NCBI GenBank assembly: GCA_000999395.1
Contig: LCOM01000005.1
Coordinates: 26,521 to 32,552 of the forward strand
Length of the DNA stretch: 6,032 nt
Direction: 5' to 3'
Source of the DNA: Parcubacteria group bacterium GW2011_GWA2_47_7
GTDB lineage: Bacteria > Patescibacteriota > Minisyncoccia > Phycocordibacterales > UBA6899
Shown here: one piece after another, positions 1-5,798 of the stretch
How positions within the stretch are numbered: position 1 is the stretch's first letter
How the letters are laid out: every line of letters starts with the position of its first letter
The notes under the pieces: generated by a model
Told to the model about the DNA's origin: nothing
The model's database searches: none
The model's input: the letters and a program-made list of their open reading frames with translations, nothing else
Translations under genes and position numbers: made by a program

Positions 1-649
1 TGAGCAAGCGCAGGAAATATGAGTCTGGGCGATGAAACTCCGCCAAGACAAGCTTTCCACCCGGAGCAATGACGCGCCCCGCTTCGGCAAGTGCGACCTC
101 TTTCAAGGTGTTCGGAAGCTCGTGCAGGAGGAAAAAAAGCACATTCATCTCCATGACTCCATCCTCTTGCTTCATATTGAGGGCATCTCCGAGAACGTAG
201 TCTATCGGCGTCTTAATGCCCGCAAGTTTTCCCTTCACGTGGAGCAGTTCATTTTTTATAATGTCAGTAATCACGATGCGTTCCGCATCCTGATCTGACG
301 AAGCATCCGCTAGTCGCGGAATCACATTCCCAAACGCACAAGACGTAATCAGTACCCTCTTTCCGAGTAATGCAGTTCTACTAATTTCCAGAACGATGCG
401 GTCCACTAATTTGCTATATTGGAAAAGTAGAATCGCCGAAATAATCGGTTGATGGTCGACCAGCTTCATGAGCCACCACTGTGAATAGATGGGATACACG
501 TGGTCTGCCGACCGCTCTCGCATGCCAAACACAGATCGCATCAGGAGCGCTCCACGCGTCGCAATAAAGAAAAATCCGGCAATGACGCCGAGTGAGGCAA
601 CAATAAACATGGCTGCCGTAAACACCGAAACCCCAGAAACTACTTGCAT
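1..649 (-). CDS. Class I SAM-dependent methyltransferase-fold protein with an N-terminal transmembrane anchor (UbiE/RquA-like). The 3' end lies beyond the left edge of the window.
   Basis: Absent from the ORF track because there is no stop inside the window. The minus-strand ATG at 649..647 is preceded by AGGGGG with a 5-nt spacer. Hand translation is open for 216 codons: MQVVSGVSVFTAAMFIVASLGVIAGFFFIATRGALLMRSVFGMRERSADHVYPIYSQWWLMKLVDHQPIISAILLFQYSKLVDRIVLEISRTALLGKRVLITSCAFGNVIPRLADASSDQDAERIVITDIIKNELLHVKGKLAGIKTPIDYVLGDALNMKQEDGVMEMNVLFFLLHELPNTLKEVALAEAGRVIAPGGKLVLAEFHRPDSYFLRLL. Rossmann-type methyltransferase motifs appear in the right order: motif I position VLITSCAFGN, post-I acidic IVITD, GDALNM, LFFLLHELP and APGGKLVLAEF. 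Residues 4-30 form a hydrophobic helix. Confidence 0.8.
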   Translation of the reverse strand, partial: MQVVSGVSVFTAAMFIVASLGVIAGFFFIATRGALLMRSVFGMRERSADHVYPIYSQWWLMKLVDHQPIISAILLFQYSKLVDRIVLEISRTALLGKRVLITSCAFGNVIPRLADASSDQDAERIVITDIIKNELLHVKGKLAGIKTPIDYVLGDALNMKQEDGVMEMNVLFFLLHELPNTLKEVALAEAGRVIAPGGKLVLAEFHRPDSYFLRLL

Positions 650-654
650 GATTA

Positions 655-660
655 CCCCCT
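655..660 (-). promoter_or_regulatory. Shine-Dalgarno-like element (AGGGGG) for the methyltransferase gene
   Basis: The minus strand reads AAAAAGGGGGtaatcATG. The purine-rich block sits 5 nt upstream of the ATG at 649. Confidence 0.55.
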
Positions 661-680
661 TTTTAAAAGATCCTGGGTAC

Positions 681-709
681 GTAATACTGCATAAGATGAT
701 TCACGTCAA
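681..709 (-). promoter_or_regulatory. Candidate sigma70-type promoter for the methyltransferase gene (TTGACG - 17 nt - TATTAC)
   Basis: The minus strand reads TTGACG (709..704), then a 17-nt spacer tgaatcatcttatgcag (703..687), then TATTAC (686..681), about 31 nt upstream of the ATG. Based on sequence pattern only. Confidence 0.35.
696..709 (-). promoter_or_regulatory. FNR/Crp-family-box-like imperfect palindrome TTGAC-GTGA-ATCAT (8 of 10 matches to TTGAT-N4-ATCAA)
   Basis: Read directly on the minus strand. It overlaps the candidate -35 hexamer. An equally good match occurs inside a coding region (4629..4642), so the statistical support is weak. Confidence 0.25.
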
Positions 710-713
710 GACA

Positions 714-744
714 TCCGCCAATTCGCCAAACCCCAATATTCCAA
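714..744 (-). repeat. Phased short direct repeats upstream of the candidate promoter: TTGG at a 7-8 nt period, including the tandem 8-mers TTGGCGAA and TTGGCGGA
   Basis: On the plus strand CCAA starts at 718, 726, 733 and 741. The tandem 8-mers are tccgccaa (714..721) and ttcgccaa (722..729). The minus strand reads TTTGGaataTTGGggtTTGGcgaaTTGGcgga, followed by the -35 TTGACG. Function is unknown. Confidence 0.4.
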
Positions 745-804
745 ACGAGTCGGATGCTCACATTTTCGAGGAATAAGAAACTATTTTACTTTTGGATGTG
801 CGTA

Positions 805-2127
805 TTACGCTTCCTGTTTTACCGCAGACTCTGCGGGGACATACTCTTCCACCTGCACGCCTTCATGATAGGACAAAATTATTGCTTTGATTGATGCGAG
901 AATGGACTTTTCATCGAATTGCGTCGAACGAACCAACCCCCAGTCCATGGAGTTGCGACAATATAAACGCGTGTCGAGCGGGGGTGTTTCGAACTGCTGG
1001 TCAGTCATGCCAATTTCATCACCATAATATATGAAGGGTGACCCTGAAAGAGAGAAGAGAGTTTTGAATGTATCAATAATAAGTTTCTCGTCTCTCCCGA
1101 GCATGCTCGCAATCCTACTCGCGATACCAACCGCAAACCGTTTTACCCCATCTTGATCAAAGGTACGGATAATAATTTCCCGATCAAGGTCTTCAAGTCG
1201 GTGGAGCGAAAGATCATCGTGATTTCGAATAAATGTCGCCCATTGTGAGTTCGGAGGAATGTCATCTCGACCGGCGCTGAGCTTCGCAATAATAGATGGG
1301 TCACCCGATGCAAGAGCGAGAAAAAAAAGCCGAGAAAGATAAAAATCATATACCAAATGACACTCATCATCATTCCCAAAATATTGTTTTGCCACATCGT
1401 AACATTCATTCACCTCGCCGAGTAAAACAACTTCGGAATTTATCGACTCGACATGCGCACGGAGTCGCCTGACGATGTCGTGCGTCTCGGGGAGATGCTG
1501 ACATTTTGTGCCATCCAGTTTAATGATGTGCGCAATTGCATCCAACCGAAATCCGTCCACCCCAAGCGCCATCCAATAATCCATCACACTGATAATCTCA
1601 TTAAAAACGAGCGGTTCGCCCCAGTTGAGGTCAGCTTGTTCGGGGTAAAATGTGCTGAAATGGGCAATTCCCGTGGATTCATTCTTAATCCAATTCGATG
1701 GTTTTAGGTGAAAAAAAACATTCACCGCCTTGCTAAACTCGGTACCAGTGGTACTCCAGTGAAAATATCGACGCTTAGGGCTCGAGGGATTTAGGATGGC
1801 CTCACGAAACCAAGGGTGCTCTATGGACACATGGTTGAGGGGAAGGTCAATAAGAACTCGGATGTTTTTTTTATGTGCGACCGCAATAAATGTTTTAAAA
1901 TCCTCAAGGGACCCAAGCTTATCAGAAACCGCACGATAGTCGATCACGTCATATCCCCCATCAACCCCTCCCGACGGATAGTGAGGAAGAATATGAATGC
2001 AATCTACTCCTAGTTGTTCAAGATAATCTAGATGAGCAGTCGCACTGCGAAAATTACCACCAAACTTATCAATATAGAGCACATAGAATACAGCGCGGGT
2101 CCACCAAGGGTAATTTGTTTTTTTCAT
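805..2127 (-). CDS. treS: GH13 alpha-amylase-family enzyme, trehalose synthase (maltose alpha-D-glucosylmutase, TreS)-like. Compact form without a C-terminal beta-sandwich domain.
   Basis: A 440-aa ORF with all four GH13 conserved regions:
- Region I: VLIDLPLNHVS.
- Region II: GFRLDAIAH, with nucleophile Asp196 at nt 1542..1540.
- Region III: LLGEVNE, with Glu238 at nt 1416..1414.
- Region IV: FIRNHDD, with Asp304 at nt 1218..1216.

It also carries a QPDLN-type motif (EQADLNW). Long stretches resemble TreS as I remember it: LDYLEQLGVDCIHILPHYPSGGVDGGYDVIDY, DGTKCQHLPETH, DDECHLVYDF, SGSPFIYYGDEIGM. Substrate specificity is not provable from sequence. Confidence 0.85.
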   Translation of the reverse strand: MKKTNYPWWTRAVFYVLYIDKFGGNFRSATAHLDYLEQLGVDCIHILPHYPSGGVDGGYDVIDYRAVSDKLGSLEDFKTFIAVAHKKNIRVLIDLPLNHVSIEHPWFREAILNPSSPKRRYFHWSTTGTEFSKAVNVFFHLKPSNWIKNESTGIAHFSTFYPEQADLNWGEPLVFNEIISVMDYWMALGVDGFRLDAIAHIIKLDGTKCQHLPETHDIVRRLRAHVESINSEVVLLGEVNECYDVAKQYFGNDDECHLVYDFYLSRLFFLALASGDPSIIAKLSAGRDDIPPNSQWATFIRNHDDLSLHRLEDLDREIIIRTFDQDGVKRFAVGIASRIASMLGRDEKLIIDTFKTLFSLSGSPFIYYGDEIGMTDQQFETPPLDTRLYCRNSMDWGLVRSTQFDEKSILASIKAIILSYHEGVQVEEYVPAESAVKQEA

Positions 2128-2139
2128 TTCAATATAAAA

Positions 2140-2148
2140 AGTATATCA
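2140..2148 (-). promoter_or_regulatory. Candidate extended -10 element (TGaTATACT) upstream of the GH13 gene
   Basis: The minus strand reads ggTGaTATACTttttatattgaaATG. The hexamer TATACT lies at 2145..2140 and TG at 2148..2147. No good -35 and no Shine-Dalgarno follow, so any transcript started here would have a leader of only about 5-6 nt. Confidence 0.3.
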
Positions 2149-2217
2149 CCGTAAGTTGATCATAGCGATAGGGTAATGGGGGGCAGTGGATTGTGTGATT
2201 GATAAGGACACAAGGCA

Positions 2218-2781
2218 CTACGAAGAACTGGCTAGAGTTACAACAAAGAAGATTCCTATGGAATTCAGGGCGAAGGCAAGAATAAGAAACTGCCAACTCT
2301 TCATACGCGAAATACCCATAAGACCAATTCCCACCTCATCGGGGAGCGGAGAAGCAATTATTACTGCTCCCAACACGGGGAGGAACCAGACGAAATAGGG
2401 TGTACTCAAGATACGCACGAAAGGGTGATCCCCTAGTTTTTTGAGAATGGGACGTAACTCATCAAATACATAATCTTTGAAAAACCGAAAAATGAGGAAA
2501 TCCCCAATAACCGCCCCAAGACCAGCAGTGAGGGCTACATAGAGCGGATTAAAGAGTTCTGCAAGATGATAGAGTACGACGATAGCCGGAGCTACGGTAA
2601 ACGTAGAAACGAAGAATATCCCAGCCAAAAACGACCCCGCGTACCCCAAGTGCGCCGTCGATACAAGAAGTTCATTCATAACTGACGTTTTCAAGAGATA
2701 AAAGAATGCAACCAAGCTTACGATGAGTAGCATCGTATTCTTATAGCGCCAACCCCTATATTGTTCAATCAACTTCTTCAT
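2218..2781 (-). CDS. Small polytopic inner-membrane protein, DedA/VTT (YqaA)-like
   Basis: A 187-aa ORF with about five hydrophobic helices, including MLLIVSLVAFFYLL, GSFLAGIFFVSTFTVAPAIVVLY, LYVALTAGLGAVIGDFLIF, FVWFLPVLGAVIIASPLP and WQFLILAFALNSIGIFFVVTL. The G-x-x-x-GD-x-x-x-F and SPLPDE-x-G motifs resemble DedA/YqaA-type proteins. The family call is tentative but the coding call is solid. Confidence 0.8.
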   Translation of the reverse strand: MKKLIEQYRGWRYKNTMLLIVSLVAFFYLLKTSVMNELLVSTAHLGYAGSFLAGIFFVSTFTVAPAIVVLYHLAELFNPLYVALTAGLGAVIGDFLIFRFFKDYVFDELRPILKKLGDHPFVRILSTPYFVWFLPVLGAVIIASPLPDEVGIGLMGISRMKSWQFLILAFALNSIGIFFVVTLASSS

Positions 2782-2798
2782 GAGATGATTATCTCATG
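2779..2798 (-). promoter_or_regulatory. Perfect 8-bp inverted repeat with a 4-nt loop that contains the start codon of the membrane-protein gene
   Basis: On the plus strand: catgagat (2779..2786), gatt, atctcatg (2791..2798). On the mRNA this is CAUGAGAU-aauc-AUCUCAUG, and the last AUG is the annotated start (2781..2779). It lies 12 nt after the GH94 stop codon (2813..2811). Confidence 0.4.
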
Positions 2799-2810
2799 TT
2801 CGGCGCAAGT

Positions 2811-5798
2811 TTACACCCTCAACATAGACACAACAATCTCATGATTTTTTTCGCCATCAATCAGCCGCACCGCGTTACCCTCCACCTTGACGCCATCTAA
2901 TGTGACACACATTGATTCGCCTTGTTCGGAGCAAATTTCAAATTTGATATTATAGAGTGCTTTCCCAAAAGGAACCTGCACGGTTGCATCATTCCAGTCT
3001 GATGGGAATGATGGATTGAACGAGAGTGAGTCTCCCTCACGCCTTAGTCCAAGGAGGTATTCAAGGACAGTGAGATAGAGTAAGCCGGCAGAGGCCGTAT
3101 ACCACGTCCAACCGGCACGACCGGGATATGTCGGGGCTGAATATATTTCGGCGGCAACCGCATATGGCTCACCGCGATAGCACATGGCCTTTTCCTTTGT
3201 GGAACTCTGCAAGAATGGATTTACTGCATCAATAATTATTTTGGCGGAGTCAGCGTCCCCACTGGCAAAAAGAGCTTGCGCTAACCACAGCGCTGCATGA
3301 TTATACTGAGAGGAATTTTCACGAACACCGGGAGGATAATCAGAAATTGTGCCAAGGTCGTGAATCGCTCGCGAAGATGGAGGCCACGCAAGCGGAATAT
3401 GTCCCTCGTAAACAGAGAGTTCCTCCTTGGCTGAGCGAAGAGCCTCCCTCGTCTCCTTCGTGGAACCATTTACAAAATAAGCCCACGATTGCACGACAGA
3501 ATCAATACGATACGCCTTCGCACTGCTTGTGCCAACGAGTGCGCCTGTATCTGTAAATGCACGACGATACCATCGTCCATCCCAGGCATATTTCTCGATT
3601 GCCTCCCGATACTCTTTTGCATGCAGACGATAACGTGCAGCACGTGACTGGTCACCCCTTTCCTCCGTGAGCGCGCTCATATCATCCAATACTGAGATGG
3701 TGAACCATGCCAGCCATACACTTTCTCCGACCCCCTCAACTCCGACACGGTTCATTCCGTCATTCCAATCGGCTATTCCCATGAGCGGCAAACCATGCGG
3801 ACCAAAAGTAAGAGAATGCTCAACAGCACGGACTAAATGTTCATACAGCGAACTTGTTTCGTCACTCGACCCAAAGGCACCCACAACACTCGGTCGGTCT
3901 GCTTTGTCGGGAATATCTCCGACAAGATACGGAATGATTTCATCAAGGACCGAACTGTCCCCAGTGAAGCGAAGATAGCGAAGCACCACGTGGGGAAGCC
4001 ATAGTTGGGGATCAGAAAGCCTCGTGCGCGCCCCAATATTATTGTGTGGTTGCCACCATGACAAAACATCTCCTTCTCGAAATTGATGTGCTGCCGCGAC
4101 GAGAAGATGCGCCCGGACCCATTTGGGATCATACCAAAGCATCGACAAGCCATCTTGCAGCTGATCCCGATATCCGTATGCACCACCAATCTGGTAAAAT
4201 CCCAAGCGCGCGTGTACGCGTGATGCGACGGTTTGGTGTGGAAGGAATCTATTCATCAAGAGCTCAAGCGACTTATCCGGCAACCCAAAGCGAGGCTGAA
4301 GAAACTCACCCTCGAGTTTGGTCGCAAAAAGAAAATTTGTCTCCGCATTTTCCGCTGCGCTTACTTTCTGCATCAGACGGTGCGTGTCGGAAGCATTCGT
4401 CTCCCCCAGGAAGAAAGTCACCACCTTGCTTTCACCCGCCGAAAGTGTTATTTTTTTTCTGAATGATGCGGCTGGCTCCCCTTCTGGAACTGTCGTTCCG
4501 CTTAATCCCTTCCGCTTTAGTGCTGCCGGTTCACTCATTACTCCGTGTCTTCCCAAAAATTCTTCGCGACTCGAACTCACCTCATCTGCACCACCGACAA
4601 CGCCAAGAAGCGTACGACTTTCCAAAAATTGATGACGATAATTTTGTGTCACAAGAAGCGTATTTCCAGTGTCCAAATCAAAAGAAAAGTGTTTTTTTGT
4701 CTCGCTCGGCATGCTCCCCATCAATAATTCAAAATACCCGAACAATGAAAAGTTTTTCTCCTTTTTTCCGTTATTCGTTATTGCAACGCGATAATATTTT
4801 ACTGGCTCAACTTCATCGATGTACATCGTCAACTCAATTGATGCGTCGAGCGCCTGAGTTCGATACATACAATACGATTCACCAAAAGATATTTTATAAT
4901 TTCCATCCTTTCGCCCAGAGAGAGGTAGCGGACTTGCAGAAAGCCCTGTCTCGTCATCGCGTACATAAAATGCTTCCCCAGAAAACTCAGAAAGCGGATC
5001 GTTGTATGGGGTAGTCAGTTTATTATCATAACTATTCTGCGCCCAAGTAAATGACATGCCCCTATCCGTCGCAAGAAATCCAATATGTTCATTTGCAATA
5101 ATATTTGACCACGGACTCGGAGGTCGAACGCCCCCTCCTGAATGCACTACGTATGTCGCGCTTTTTTCGTCGTACCCTCCGATACCATTCCAGAACTGCA
5201 ATCCCTCTTGATTCTCTGGAAGTTCTTGGGGTTGAACTTCACTCACTTTCTTCATGGTTACATCAAGATTCGACGGGAATCTTTGAGGGCGGGTACGGTC
5301 TGCGTGTACATGAAAAACATTACAGCCGGACTGTTCCGCGTGAGAACGATGCATGTAGAGGAGGAAGTCAATCTCATCTTCAAAAGTCTTGAGGTAGCCC
5401 CCGGAGTGAGTGTTAAAAATAATAATATCTACTTCAATCCTCTTCGAAACAAAATACTCATGACAACTGAGTATTTGTCGTACCATCGGTAAGTCAGTCA
5501 CCCCGGTCACAGAGAGAAGAATGATGGGGCGCTTTCCGGAGATGCTCATTTTCCAAAAAGCGAGGGTCCAGGGTCGAGACTCGCGATATGCATCCTTCCC
5601 GCACTTGAGACTCCGCGAAAGTGCAAGTGACGCCAACGTACTGTATGTATCCGCCTGAGGTGCGGACAATCCTAGCGTGCTTAAATACTTCCCACTTTCA
5701 TGCTCTGCGTTTTCCGCGGTACTGCGCACTACTCCGTAGTCTCGATATTTTTTTAATCTCCCGAGGACATCCTCCTTTGATGTTCCGGTAATAACCAC
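2811..5798 (-). CDS. GH94-family glycoside phosphorylase (1,2-beta-oligoglucan phosphorylase or cyclic beta-1,2-glucan synthase C-terminal-domain-like). The start codon is uncertain and the gene is probably 5'-truncated relative to its relatives.
   Basis: A 995-codon ORF starting at GTG 5798 with no Shine-Dalgarno.
- GH94 N-terminal sandwich signature: [10 protein letters not shown]...[60 protein letters not shown] (about nt 4944..5123).
- Barrel motifs: [22 protein letters not shown] (nt 3993..4058).
- Catalytic-acid motif: [10 protein letters not shown] (Asp677 at nt 3770..3768).
- Phosphate-site-like motif: [12 protein letters not shown] (nt 3285..3320).
- Residues 1-181 ([53 protein letters not shown]) resemble the inter-domain region that precedes the GH94 module in roughly 2800-aa Cgs/NdvB-type proteins. 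Confidence 0.88.

Noticed and set aside
32-776. Plus-strand ORFs 32..298 (88 aa) and 489..776 (95 aa)
   Set aside because: Both are antisense to the hand-translated methyltransferase gene (1..649), which has a Shine-Dalgarno, a transmembrane helix and ordered methyltransferase motifs. The part of 489..776 that extends into the intergenic region covers the putative promoter and has no coding signature.
1143-2013. ORFs 1143..1409 (-), 1453..1707 (+) and 1816..2013 (+)
   Set aside because: These are nested within, or antisense to, the GH13 gene, whose frame carries all conserved GH13 regions. They are shadows.
2191-2213. Inverted repeat TTGTGT-11 nt-ACACAA just downstream of the membrane-protein stop, considered as an intrinsic terminator or a CRP-like site
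   Set aside because: The stem is only 6 bp of mostly A/T pairs with an 11-nt loop. On the transcribed strand a C-rich tract follows rather than a U-rich one, and the half-site spacing does not fit TGTGA-N6-TCACA.
2186-2398. Plus-strand ORF 2186..2398 (70 aa)
   Set aside because: It is antisense to the 3' end of the membrane-protein gene and to the short intergenic region, with no motifs or start signals.
3281-4189. Minus-strand ORFs 3281..3469, 3470..3655 and 3833..4189
   Set aside because: These are alternate reading frames inside the GH94 gene on the same strand. They have no motifs and no independent start signals.
1321-4458. Homopolymer runs of 8 (A8 at 1321..1328 and 1711..1718, T8 at 1865..1872 and 4451..4458), considered as slippage or phase-variation tracts
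   Set aside because: Each reads through in frame as ordinary Lys-Lys or Phe-Phe codons within conserved protein context. There is no sign of frame disruption, so they are worth remembering only as possible sequencing-error hotspots.
4629-4642. A second 8/10 FNR-box-like match, TTGAT-GACG-ATAAT
   Set aside because: It lies deep inside the GH94 coding sequence. I estimate roughly 2-3 such matches by chance in 6 kb. I use it as a background control for the promoter-proximal site, not as a regulatory call.
5253-5255. Internal ATG (Met182, MKKVSEVQ...) as the true GH94 start, which would give a canonical 814-aa phosphorylase
   Set aside because: It has no Shine-Dalgarno, and the 181 upstream codons still show clear family-type similarity and stay open. 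I therefore kept the longest ORF. The alternative remains possible and is noted in the findings.
3347-5492. Numerous plus-strand ORFs of 60-183 aa (3347..3556, 3667..3978, 4046..4462, 4233..4466, 4318..4632, 4463..5014, 4545..4727, 5105..5392, 5142..5492)
   Set aside because: All lie antisense to the 995-codon GH94 ORF, which has strong family motifs along its whole length. Their translations are low-complexity and rich in Ser, Arg and Pro, with no recognisable motifs. Several overlap one another in different frames, which is typical of shadow ORFs.
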